This document shows, piece after piece, positions 21,562 to 33,161 of a DNA stretch of 64,000 nucleotides (the stretch's first letter is position 1; the number at the start of each line of letters is the position of its first letter). The stretch spans positions 1,632,001 to 1,696,000 of the forward strand of contig OY762463.1 in NCBI GenBank assembly GCA_963665815.1, written 5' to 3'. Below the pieces are notes generated by a model. That model ran no database searches. It was not told where the DNA came from and worked only from the letters and a program-made list of their open reading frames with translations. The DNA is from Candidatus Cloacimonadales bacterium. GTDB taxonomy: Bacteria; Cloacimonadota; Cloacimonadia; Cloacimonadales; JAIOQZ01. A program made the position numbers and the translations under genes.

Positions 21562-22680
21562 CTATTTTAATTGCAGGTATATTTTTTTTATGAGTGATGG
21601 GCTTATATTGCCCGGTGTATTGTTTACATGAGAACTGTGAGCAACTTCTATAGCCTGTTTCTCAATAAAAGTGTCTGTTATTTCAACATTAACATCTGTT
21701 AGAAGCTCTCTCAACCAGGAAAAGAAAACAAGCTTATTGATCCCGATAAAATGGAAAAGCTGATTAAGTTCATATTTTATATGCGGATAATATGCTTCCA
21801 TTATGTCTTTCATGACAACCCCATTTGCCAGTCCATGAGCAACACCATATTCTGTAGTAAGAGGGTAACCGATTGAATGCTGCACTGTTGTTCCGGTCTG
21901 AGCTATAGCAACTCCACCATATAGAGATGCAATCATGAGTTTTTCTCTCAGCTCATAGTTTTCCGGATTCTGAAGGCATTTTTTCAGATTATCATAAATC
22001 AACTTTACTCCCTGAAAGATTACCGGATAAGTCAGCGGATTTCTTCTTTTGGAGTAAATACCTTCCAGAAGGTGGCTTAAAGCATCAATTGCAGTGTTTC
22101 TTGTTACATTCTCACTGAGAGAAATTGTATAGGTCGGATCAAGAAAAGAGCATACCGGAAAAATAGCCGGATGAGCAATACCTTTCTTAGTGTTTGAGTC
22201 AGTATCAGTAATAATGCTGTACTGAGTTGCTTCGGAACCCGTACCGGATGTAGTTGGAATAGCAACTACAGGGAATGCTTCAGAGAAATCAGTAGAGAAG
22301 AACTCTTCTTTGGATGTTACATTATGTTTTGCAGCCAGAGCAATTGCTTTTCCTGCATCAAGCGGTGAACCTCCACCAATCGCAATAACATGATCACAAT
22401 TATTCTCTTTGAATATCCCGGCACCTTTAACAACTGAATCTACAGTCGGGTTTTCCACTATTTCATTGTATATCACATGTTCGATAGATTTCTCAGCAAG
22501 TACCAAGAGGATATCCTGTTGTGCTCCGCTTTTTACTGCTGAAGATCTGCCGGTGACTATAAGAGCTTTTTTACCAAATTCACTGAATTTATCTTTTGAT
22601 TTCTCTATACATTTCTTTCCAAGATGCACTTCTGTAGGCATGAAATATTTATTTATATCCGTTTCTTTATTAGAATACAT
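21562..22680 (-). CDS. Iron-containing alcohol dehydrogenase
   Basis: IGGGSPLDAGK, IPTTSGTGSE, DALSHLLE and HGLAN motifs; ATG 22680 follows GGAGG. Confidence 0.92.
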   Translation of the reverse strand: MYSNKETDINKYFMPTEVHLGKKCIEKSKDKFSEFGKKALIVTGRSSAVKSGAQQDILLVLAEKSIEHVIYNEIVENPTVDSVVKGAGIFKENNCDHVIAIGGGSPLDAGKAIALAAKHNVTSKEEFFSTDFSEAFPVVAIPTTSGTGSEATQYSIITDTDSNTKKGIAHPAIFPVCSFLDPTYTISLSENVTRNTAIDALSHLLEGIYSKRRNPLTYPVIFQGVKLIYDNLKKCLQNPENYELREKLMIASLYGGVAIAQTGTTVQHSIGYPLTTEYGVAHGLANGVVMKDIMEAYYPHIKYELNQLFHFIGINKLVFFSWLRELLTDVNVEITDTFIEKQAIEVAHSSHVNNTPGNISPSLIKKIYLQLK

Positions 22681-22910
22681 GGATTCCTCCGAATTTTTTC
22701 GCAATATTATTTATATAACGCTTACAAGTCAAAATTTATTTCACTTGACTGTGTAGAGCTAACTCGGAATTTTAATTAATTGGTGATAAATTCACTAATA
22801 ATAATAAGATAAAGATTTCTGCATAACTGAAGTAATAAACTATAAGTTATTGTCATTAATGGTTGGTTCTCTATTATGCATAAATCTCGATAAAGATACT
22901 TGGAGGAATA

Positions 22911-25369
<2,459 letters not shown>

Positions 25370-25403
25370 ATTATACTTTAGACCTTATATTGAGGTATGC
25401 ATT

Positions 25404-26207
25404 ATGATTAATAAGAATACTTTCTTGAAAATGAAGAAAAAAACGGATAAGATTGTTATGATGACAGCTTATGATTATCCGTCAGCCATGCAGGTTGAGG
25501 CAGCAGGAGTAGATGTTATTCTTGTTGGTGATACCGTTGGAATGGTAGTTATGGGGATGGAAGACACTCTTGAAGTGACTCTCAATGATATTATTTACCA
25601 TTGTAAAGCCGTGCGAAGAGGAGCTCCTCAAACATTTGTCATAGCAGATATGCCTTTTATGACATATCATATTAATAGTGAAGAAACAAAAAGAAACGCA
25701 TCTCGTTTAATTATTGAAGGAAAAGCTAATGCCGTGAAACTTGAAGGTGGAACTCCTGAAAGAATTGCTGCAATAAGAGATATTATCTCCTGCGAAATAC
25801 CTGTTGTTGCTCATCTGGGGCTGACTCCTCAATCTATTCATCAGATGGGTGGATATAAAGTTCAGGGAAAAGATTCCGAATCTTATGACAGATTAATTGA
25901 TCAGGCAAAAGAAGTAGAAAATGCAGGAGCTTTCATGCTTGTTCTTGAGGCAATTCCGGAAAAGTTAGGAAAAGCTATTACAGAAGAAGTCGGAATCCCA
26001 ACAATTGGTATCGGTGCAGGCAGATTCACTGACGGCCAGGTACTTGTGTATCATGATATGCTCGGTTTAAGCACTGTCCAGCCGAAGTTTGTCAAAGGTT
26101 ATGGGAAGTATGGTCAGCAGATCGTTGAGAGCATAAAAGATTATAAACAGGATGTAAAAGATAAAAAATATCCGGAAATAGATCATGTCTATTATCCGGA
26201 AACATAG
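25404..26207 (+). CDS. panB: 3-methyl-2-oxobutanoate hydroxymethyltransferase
   Basis: TAYD, ILVGD, ADMPF, AVKLEG, HLGLTPQS and IGIGAG..DGQVLV motifs. Confidence 0.97.
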   Translation: MINKNTFLKMKKKTDKIVMMTAYDYPSAMQVEAAGVDVILVGDTVGMVVMGMEDTLEVTLNDIIYHCKAVRRGAPQTFVIADMPFMTYHINSEETKRNASRLIIEGKANAVKLEGGTPERIAAIRDIISCEIPVVAHLGLTPQSIHQMGGYKVQGKDSESYDRLIDQAKEVENAGAFMLVLEAIPEKLGKAITEEVGIPTIGIGAGRFTDGQVLVYHDMLGLSTVQPKFVKGYGKYGQQIVESIKDYKQDVKDKKYPEIDHVYYPET

Positions 26208-26216
26208 AGGTAAAAT

Positions 26217-26840
26217 ATGGACGAAGTAATCGGACAAGAATTAGAGCAGAGTCCTGAGGAGAAACTTCAGGCATTATTTAGTCTCAAGGCAAAACTTGAG
26301 GATGATTTTGTAGCTATTGGACAGCTTTTGTCAGAAGTAAAAAGAAAAGGGCTGTATAAAATTAAAGGTTATAACAAATTTAAGGATTTCATCGAACAGG
26401 AATATAATATAGCCGGAACATTTGCCTCAAAGCTGATTTCCATATATGATCTTTTTGTTGATGAACTTGATATAGATGAATCTTCTCTGAAAAACATCGG
26501 TGTTGATAAACTTAACATGATAAAGCCGCTTGTTAAAAACAAAACTTATTCGGAATCAGAAGAATGGCTTAACAAAGCTAATGAGCTTTCTGCTACTGAT
26601 CTGAGAGAAGATATCAAGGAAGTTCGTAAGCAAACCCAATCCAAGTCAATGAAAGAAGTTCTCATTGACCAGTTCTACGAAACAATGGTAACATTCTTCA
26701 ATTGCTCCAGAAAAGAGCTAAATTATAAACTGGCTATTTATTTTCAGGACACTGACCTTGAACAGGTTAAGAATGAAATTAAAATAAAACAGAGAAATTA
26801 TGAAAAGGAAAGCGAAGGGGAGGGTCCCGGCATTAGTTGA
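26217..26840 (+). CDS. Hypothetical protein, DUF3102/plasmid-partition (PF49)-like DNA-binding candidate
   Basis: F.AIG.LL.EVK...LY...GY..FKDFIE.EY.....A.KLI pattern. Confidence 0.5.
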   Translation: MDEVIGQELEQSPEEKLQALFSLKAKLEDDFVAIGQLLSEVKRKGLYKIKGYNKFKDFIEQEYNIAGTFASKLISIYDLFVDELDIDESSLKNIGVDKLNMIKPLVKNKTYSESEEWLNKANELSATDLREDIKEVRKQTQSKSMKEVLIDQFYETMVTFFNCSRKELNYKLAIYFQDTDLEQVKNEIKIKQRNYEKESEGEGPGIS

Positions 26841-26881
26841 TAAGAATCAGATCTAAACAAAAAACTGATAATGAGGTAAAA

Positions 26882-28441
26882 ATGCGCAAATTAAAAATAT
26901 TATGGGTAGATGATGAAATAGACTTACTGGAACCGTTTGTAATATTCCTGCAGGATAAAGGATATCACGTGCAGAAGGTGTCTAATGGAACAGATGCTGT
27001 TGCAATGGTTCTTAACGAGAAATTCGATCTGGTGCTTCTCGATGAGATGATGCCCGGAATGGACGGACTTGCTACTCTTCAGGAGATAAAACAAATTAAT
27101 CCTAATCTGGCTGTTGTTATGGTTACCAAATCCGAAGAAGAAGGATTGATGGATAAAGCAATTGCCCGTCAGATCTCTGACTATCTGATTAAACCTATTA
27201 ATCCTAATCAGATTATTATGACAGTGAAGAAAATTTTCCAGGCTGATGAAATAAGACACAATCAGATTGGTGAAGAATACTCCAGATATATTGCTCAACT
27301 GAATCAATCTCTCTTCCAGAGTCCGGACTGGAATGACTGGAAAAACATATATAATGAAATGTGTAAATGGGATGTTGTTATCGATGAAATAAACGATCAG
27401 GCCCTTGCTCACACTCATTTTCTGGAAAAACGTAATTGTAATACCGAGTTCACAAACTACATATCATCGAACTATTCTGACTGGTTGCAGAGTGATGAGA
27501 GACCGACCTTCTCATTTGACGTACTTTCCGAAACTGTAACCCCGCTTTTTGATGAAGGTAAACCGGTTTACTTCATAATTCTGGATTGCATGAGACTGGA
27601 CCAGTATCTCGCAATCGAACCTTTCCTTCAGGAATTGTTTGATGTTGACCTTGATCTGTATTACTCTATTCTCCCAACTGCAACTCCATATTCGAGAAAC
27701 TCGCTGTTCAGCGGACTTCTTCCAATTGATATTGCAAGAATGTTCCCGCAATACTGGAATGACTCCTCCGACAATGAAAACAGTCGTAACAGAAACGAAC
27801 ATCAGCTTCTTGATGCTCATATTAACGATTTGGGATACAATATCAATCCAACTTCCAAGTATATAAAAATATTCAATATGGAAGAAGCAAATTTTGTACT
27901 TAGAAAAATCAATTCCTGGTCTAAAGAAAAGCTGGTTGTTCTGGTATATAACTTCCTGGATTTACTGGCTCACCATAGATCTAAAGACAGTATACTGAAA
28001 GAAGCAATTCCGGATGAAGAAGCACTGAGAGCATTCACAAAACACTGGTTCCTGCATTCAGCATTTTACGATGCACTGAAACAAATTGCTGAACAGGATG
28101 CAACTGTTGTTATTACGACTGATCACGGTTCAATTCGTGTAAACAGAGCTACTCAGGCTATTGGTGATAAAGATACAACAATCACTGTACGTTACAAGCA
28201 GGGAAGAAATCTGACATGTAATGACAGACATGCTATCTACCTGAAAGATCCGAAAGATTTCGGATTACCATCTAACAACATTGTAGATAACTACATATTT
28301 GCCAAAGATGATTACTACTTTGTATATCCAAATTCATTCCACCAGTATCAGAGACAGTATAACGGAACATTCCAGCATGGTGGTATATCCATGGAGGAAA
28401 TGCTCCTGCCATTGGCTGTCTGCCGATCTAAAAAGAAATAA
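26882..28441 (+). CDS. porX: PorX-type response regulator (REC + PglZ alkaline-phosphatase-like domain)
   Basis: ILWVDDEIDLL, LDEMMPGMDGL, ILPTATPYSRN, TTDHG, FQHGGISMEEM; ATG 26882 follows GAGGT. Confidence 0.88.
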   Translation: MRKLKILWVDDEIDLLEPFVIFLQDKGYHVQKVSNGTDAVAMVLNEKFDLVLLDEMMPGMDGLATLQEIKQINPNLAVVMVTKSEEEGLMDKAIARQISDYLIKPINPNQIIMTVKKIFQADEIRHNQIGEEYSRYIAQLNQSLFQSPDWNDWKNIYNEMCKWDVVIDEINDQALAHTHFLEKRNCNTEFTNYISSNYSDWLQSDERPTFSFDVLSETVTPLFDEGKPVYFIILDCMRLDQYLAIEPFLQELFDVDLDLYYSILPTATPYSRNSLFSGLLPIDIARMFPQYWNDSSDNENSRNRNEHQLLDAHINDLGYNINPTSKYIKIFNMEEANFVLRKINSWSKEKLVVLVYNFLDLLAHHRSKDSILKEAIPDEEALRAFTKHWFLHSAFYDALKQIAEQDATVVITTDHGSIRVNRATQAIGDKDTTITVRYKQGRNLTCNDRHAIYLKDPKDFGLPSNNIVDNYIFAKDDYYFVYPNSFHQYQRQYNGTFQHGGISMEEMLLPLAVCRSKKK

Positions 28442-28460
28442 CCAATATCTGACATATACA

Positions 28461-28488
28461 AGCCTCTGCACGCAGGGGCTTTTTTTTA
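28461..28488 (+). terminator. Intrinsic terminator
   Basis: AGCCTCTGC-AC-GCAGGGGCT followed by a T-run. Confidence 0.8.
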
Positions 28489-28634
28489 TTCCGGAACAGG
28501 ATATTACGTGTAGCCAAAGAACTTTAACCTGATGTAGAATAGAACGGGTGTATACCATTTAAGAATTAGAATAACACTAACGTTGCACACAATGTCTATG
28601 GCAAACTTTGCCCCTGAAATTACCCGATATTGAT

Positions 28635-28704
28635 ATCAGCCCAGTAGGTGTAAACTGTTTGCAGATCAACATGGCTAATAAAAGACTGAACTCCGTAGGA
28701 GTGA
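28635..28704. repeat. Second copy of the REP-like CTCCGTAGGAG element
   Basis: AACTCCGTAGGAGTGA is identical to 11497-11512; a degenerate unit lies about 50 nt upstream in both copies. Confidence 0.55.
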
Positions 28705-28746
28705 TCCGGTTAGGAAATTAATTTTCATGTTTTTCGTGGTTAAAGC

Positions 28747-28771
28747 AAAAAAAACACCTGTCGAACAGGTG
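28747..28771 (-). terminator. Intrinsic terminator after the PDZ gene
   Basis: CACCTGT-CGA-ACAGGTG preceded by an A-run on + (a T-run on -). Confidence 0.8.
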
Positions 28772-28801
28772 CTGATGATTGAGGAGGGAATTTGTATGTT
28801 T

Positions 28802-29659
28802 CTAATGTTTATTTTTTAATTCGTTAAATTGTTGTTGAAGCTTATAGAGTTCAGACTTTATTGCTTCAATCTCTGACTTAGTTTGTACAGTATCCTCTGT
28901 AGTGGTGTGATGCATTGTGAACTCAGGGCTGTACACGAATACACTATTACCGTTAGGATTCACATCTATACTGTATGTTTCTGTGAATTTATCATAATCC
29001 GGATGGAGAAGCATTCTCAGGAGTTTTCCTTTCCTGACTGTAAGAATTTCTATTCCATTCTTGTGGCTCTTATCCATAGCAATAGAGTAAAGATCGTTAT
29101 TGTTCTCAATCTTGTTTCCAATTGCTTCGATAATGATGTCACCGGCTTTTAATCCGTTTTTATCTGCCGGACTACCATCAATAACAGTCCTTACAAGCAA
29201 CCCGTTTTTAACTTCAAAGAATTCCATAAGTTGAGGAGTAAGTGTCTGTGTTTCTACTCCCAGTACATTATTGAAGAATACGGAAAACACATTAACAGGA
29301 GTGTCCGGAGTAACTTTCTCTGCAAGAGTCAGCTTTACTTTTCTCTTCTTCCCATTTTCAAGAATGAGAAATTCCAGCTTATCTCCCGGTTTTTTACCTT
29401 TCAAAACATTAACAATATCTTCCTGATTATGTATTTTCTTTGAATTAATCTCCAGAACCAGCATATTAACTTTCAAGCCTGCTTCTTCAGCAGGAGAATC
29501 TTCCACAATAGCTGTAAGAAGAACACCATAGTCAGAGTTCAATTTCTTCAGAACCTGTTCGTAAGGCACTTCTATGAAGATACCTATGTAAGGCTCAGGA
29601 ATTGACGCTGCCAGCGCTCCTGCTGCAAAGATTAAGATAAGAATCAGACTTCGTTTCAT
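28802..29659 (-). CDS. Exported tandem-PDZ-domain protein
   Basis: Signal peptide MKRSLILILIFAAGALAA, two PDZ repeats (IVEDSPAEEAGLK; VIDGSPADKNGLKAGD), C-terminal coiled coil, no protease domain visible. Confidence 0.8.
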   Translation of the reverse strand: MKRSLILILIFAAGALAASIPEPYIGIFIEVPYEQVLKKLNSDYGVLLTAIVEDSPAEEAGLKVNMLVLEINSKKIHNQEDIVNVLKGKKPGDKLEFLILENGKKRKVKLTLAEKVTPDTPVNVFSVFFNNVLGVETQTLTPQLMEFFEVKNGLLVRTVIDGSPADKNGLKAGDIIIEAIGNKIENNNDLYSIAMDKSHKNGIEILTVRKGKLLRMLLHPDYDKFTETYSIDVNPNGNSVFVYSPEFTMHHTTTEDTVQTKSEIEAIKSELYKLQQQFNELKNKH

Positions 29660-29670
29660 TTCTGTCTCCA

Positions 29671-30123
29671 CTAATACTGAAGTTTAACTTTAGGCTGCTG
29701 CCCTTTGTATTCACTTACGTAGAATATTGATCTGTTGTTTCTGTCTCTGACCTTCTTGATGACATAAGATTTGGATTCATCAAGATTGGAAAGATTGTTC
29801 ACAGGAACAAAATTACTCTGATCGACTATACTGTTCGGTGCACTCTGGGCAATACCTGAGTTTTCTGCAAATAACTGGTATTGTTTACCTTCAGCACGCC
29901 AGAATGCGTAGTGAGCCTTATCAGCCAAATCCGGTTTGAAAATGAATACTGCAAAAGCAAATACCATGACAACCAGAGCTGCAGTCGCAAAGGCAGGATA
30001 CCAGCCAAAGCTTTTTTTTCTGTGGAAATACTCTTTCTCAAGCTCGTATTTTAGTCTTACAGAAAACGGTCCCGGATGAACTTCCGGTGTGTTTATGTTC
30101 TCAAGATACTTTTTGATAGACAT
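29671..30123 (-). CDS. Putative membrane anti-sigma factor
   Basis: One transmembrane helix after a short N-terminal domain; overlaps the 3' end of the ECF sigma gene. Confidence 0.6.
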   Translation of the reverse strand: MSIKKYLENINTPEVHPGPFSVRLKYELEKEYFHRKKSFGWYPAFATAALVVMVFAFAVFIFKPDLADKAHYAFWRAEGKQYQLFAENSGIAQSAPNSIVDQSNFVPVNNLSNLDESKSYVIKKVRDRNNRSIFYVSEYKGQQPKVKLQY

Positions 30124-30646
30124 CTTCCAATACCTCCGCCGGGATTAATTTTTCTAATTTCTTCAGTGATCTGTGTAAATTGACTCTTAAAGTACTCTCT
30201 TTTTTTCCCAGCATTTCGGAAATTTCACTGAAGCTTTTCTTCTCGAAAAAACGTAATATTATAATATTCTGATCTTTTTCAGGCAGTTGCTTTATATACT
30301 GATGTATGAAATCGTATGAAAATCTTTCGGTCTTCTCATCAAGTACAGCCTTGTCGACATACATGTTTTCAATTTTCTTATGTCTTTTGTCTGCACGAAA
30401 ATAATTACTTATCTCACTGACTGCAATTCTGAACAGCCAGGCAGAAAACGGTATGGAGCGCCACTTGAACAGGTGTAGCTTATCCATAGCCTTAAAAAAA
30501 GTGTTTGAAACGATTTCTTCAGCATAACTCCTGTTACCAACCCGGTACATAACAAACCGGAATATATCAGGAAAGTATCTCTGATATAAAGCTTCAAAAG
30601 CCTGAATATCTTTTTTAGCCTGTAATACTAATTTTTTTTCGTCCAT
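30101..30646 (-). CDS. ECF-family RNA polymerase sigma factor
   Basis: AFEALYQRY, AEEIVS.TF, FSAWLFRIA; region 4 LP...ILRFFE.KSFSEISEMLG; ATG 30646 follows GAGGTG. Confidence 0.93.
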   Translation of the reverse strand: MDEKKLVLQAKKDIQAFEALYQRYFPDIFRFVMYRVGNRSYAEEIVSNTFFKAMDKLHLFKWRSIPFSAWLFRIAVSEISNYFRADKRHKKIENMYVDKAVLDEKTERFSYDFIHQYIKQLPEKDQNIIILRFFEKKSFSEISEMLGKKESTLRVNLHRSLKKLEKLIPAEVLEDVYQKVS

Positions 30647-30662
30647 AATCACCTCTGCAAAC

Positions 30663-30690
30663 ATAACGCCATGCTTATGTTTTAGTTTCA
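30663..30690 (-). promoter_or_regulatory. Putative ECF autoregulatory promoter
   Basis: TGAAAC-N16-CGTTAT immediately upstream of the sigma gene SD. Confidence 0.6.
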
Positions 30691-30778
30691 TGTTTTTTCA
30701 TTTTTTGCAGACTTTAAAAGTTGTCAACCCGGAAGTTATTGAAATTTAGGGAGTTCTGAGATCAATTATGATCATAAC

Positions 30779-31264
30779 CTACGCATTATTCACCTGACCA
30801 AGTTTCTTCTGTATCTTATGAGCAAAAGGAAGCTCAATAAACCTTGGTAGAGAGTTATGTTCTTTTTTGAATGTCAGAAAGATAAATTTGTGTTCCAGCA
30901 GATTCAGGTTCGCAGAAATATCATATAGCGGAGGTATAACAACAGTTACCATCTTCCCCACTCTGGCAAGCTCATCAAAAAATCGTTGAGGATCGTCCAC
31001 ATGTTCCATTGTGTGAGAGCATAAAACAGTATCGAACTGCTTATTTGCAAAGGGCAGGTTATAGATATCGTTTACCAGCACAAAATTAGGAACATCCTTA
31101 TGCTGGAAGATATCACAATTAGTTCCTCCACCGTCGGTTTTACCGCAGCAGATGTTAAGATCCCATTTTTGTTTCTTCAGGATTCGAGTTTTCTCAAGTT
31201 TGTAACTGATATAGTGGGCAATAACTACATAAGCAATAATAAAAGCGACAATAATATAAAACAT
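30779..31264 (-). CDS. Class I SAM-dependent methyltransferase-like protein with N-terminal TM helix
   Basis: LNICCG motif I variant; LPFANKQFDTVLCSHTMEHV. Confidence 0.75.
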   Translation of the reverse strand: MFYIIVAFIIAYVVIAHYISYKLEKTRILKKQKWDLNICCGKTDGGGTNCDIFQHKDVPNFVLVNDIYNLPFANKQFDTVLCSHTMEHVDDPQRFFDELARVGKMVTVVIPPLYDISANLNLLEHKFIFLTFKKEHNSLPRFIELPFAHKIQKKLGQVNNA

Positions 31265-31412
31265 AGGAACTCCTTATTGATTAACTGACTCAACAGCAAG
31301 TCAAATTATGTAATCAATAAGTCGCAGCACATTCAAACCTCATCGCAGTGCAGTATACTGACTGTTTTGTGTCAAGGGAAATAGATCAATCCAAAAAGAC
31401 ATCTACGAAAAA

Positions 31413-33143
31413 TCATCCATGATTGAGCATATTGAAGTACTCTCCCTTCACTTCCATTAATTCGCCGTGACTTCCCTCTTCAGATATTGCTCCATTACTC
31501 ATAACACATATCTTGTCACATTCTTTTATTGTAGACAACCTGTGTGCGACAATTATCACAATAATATCATCCGGTAATTTGTGCAGTGTTTCCATTATGC
31601 TTTTTTCACTGATTGGATCAATGTTTGATGTTGCTTCATCCAATAATAGAATTTTAGGATTCTTTATCAGAGCTCTTGCCAGACTTATCCTTTGTTTTTG
31701 CCCAATTGAAAGACTGTTTCCTTTTACTCCGACATGCGTATCATATTTATCCGGCAAGTTCATTATTTGAGCATGGACAGATGCCATTTTACAAACAGCT
31801 ACAACATCTTCATATCCTGCTGACATGTTCGCAAATCGTATATTATCCATAATACTGCCATCAATTAGAACTGGTTCCTGATCGACAATTCCGATATATT
31901 TTCTTAATGCTACAATTTGACTATCACTTAGCTTATCACCATTTATATAAATCTCACCTGATATTGACTTGTGTAATCCTGATAATATTTTCAATAAAGT
32001 TGTTTTTCCACATCCGGACACTCCCACAATACCTATTTTCTCTCCCTGATTAATCTCAATATTCACATTTTCCAATATAGGCTTGTCTTCTTTGTAAAAA
32101 AATTTCAATTCTCTGATTGAAAGCCTTTCAATTACAGATATGTTATAGTTGTAATCTATTACTTCACTCGGGAATGTCATTATTTCTTTAACTCGCTTCA
32201 GGGAAACCATTGCCGTTTGCAATCTTACATTTAAATCAATAAGATTCCTTGCAGGATTGAACAAATACCTGATAAAAGAATTGAATGCAATCATAGAACC
32301 AATTGTCAAACGGTCGTTAATAATCTCATATCCACCATACCCAATAATTATTAATGGAATCAGACCAATTATCATATTGGAAGAAACCTGGTAGATACTG
32401 GTTATCTTTGTAAGTTTTACAGATTCTCTATATGCTGACTTCGATGAAGAGAAAAACTGGTAAATACTGAATCGGCTTCGAAGAAACTGTTTTATCAGAC
32501 GAATAAGTGATAAACACTGCTCCAACGTAGAAACGCTTTTTGCCATTACTTCGTATGTAACCTCTGTTTGCGCTTTAATTCTCTTTCCGAAGAACACGGA
32601 TAACCATACATATGGAATTATTAGAATTACTGAGAATAATGCAAGCTTGAAATGAATTGTAAAAATCACTGATAATCCTGCAATTAAATACAGAAGATCC
32701 TTGAGTACCGCTACAAATGTTTCTGCGAAAAAAGATCTCAGACCTTCAGAATCACTATTTATCCTGGAAAGAAGATATCCTGAACTGTACTTGTTAATTG
32801 TACTCAGAGGAGCATTATTAAGCCTTTCTAAAAGTGCAACTTTAATATCCAATATGATTTTATCATTTACCCGTTTCAACATTAAAGAATGAATATAGGC
32901 TACCGCATTCTGAAATAATAGTATTGATAAAGTTATACCAACTAATACTATTAGTTCCGTTAAGTTCTTCCCGGGTAATGTAACATCAATAATTCTTCTT
33001 GTTATTAATGGTGTAGGCAAGATCAGTAGAGAAAGGATAATGATCAGACAGCAGACAAGCAGAATACTCTTCATGTATTTTTTATAGAAGTTCAGATATA
33101 AAAATCTGATAAAATTCAAGTTTTCATTCTTTGCTATTTTCAT
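31413..33143 (-). CDS. ABC exporter (TMD+NBD), no C39 peptidase domain (cluster 2)
   Basis: N-terminal TM helices, GVSGCGKTT, LSIGQKQR, LLLDEATS, VAHRLST; 576 aa. Confidence 0.92.
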   Translation of the reverse strand: MKIAKNENLNFIRFLYLNFYKKYMKSILLVCCLIIILSLLILPTPLITRRIIDVTLPGKNLTELIVLVGITLSILLFQNAVAYIHSLMLKRVNDKIILDIKVALLERLNNAPLSTINKYSSGYLLSRINSDSEGLRSFFAETFVAVLKDLLYLIAGLSVIFTIHFKLALFSVILIIPYVWLSVFFGKRIKAQTEVTYEVMAKSVSTLEQCLSLIRLIKQFLRSRFSIYQFFSSSKSAYRESVKLTKITSIYQVSSNMIIGLIPLIIIGYGGYEIINDRLTIGSMIAFNSFIRYLFNPARNLIDLNVRLQTAMVSLKRVKEIMTFPSEVIDYNYNISVIERLSIRELKFFYKEDKPILENVNIEINQGEKIGIVGVSGCGKTTLLKILSGLHKSISGEIYINGDKLSDSQIVALRKYIGIVDQEPVLIDGSIMDNIRFANMSAGYEDVVAVCKMASVHAQIMNLPDKYDTHVGVKGNSLSIGQKQRISLARALIKNPKILLLDEATSNIDPISEKSIMETLHKLPDDIIVIIVAHRLSTIKECDKICVMSNGAISEEGSHGELMEVKGEYFNMLNHG

Positions 33144-33161
33144 TGTCAGTGTATTCAGAAA

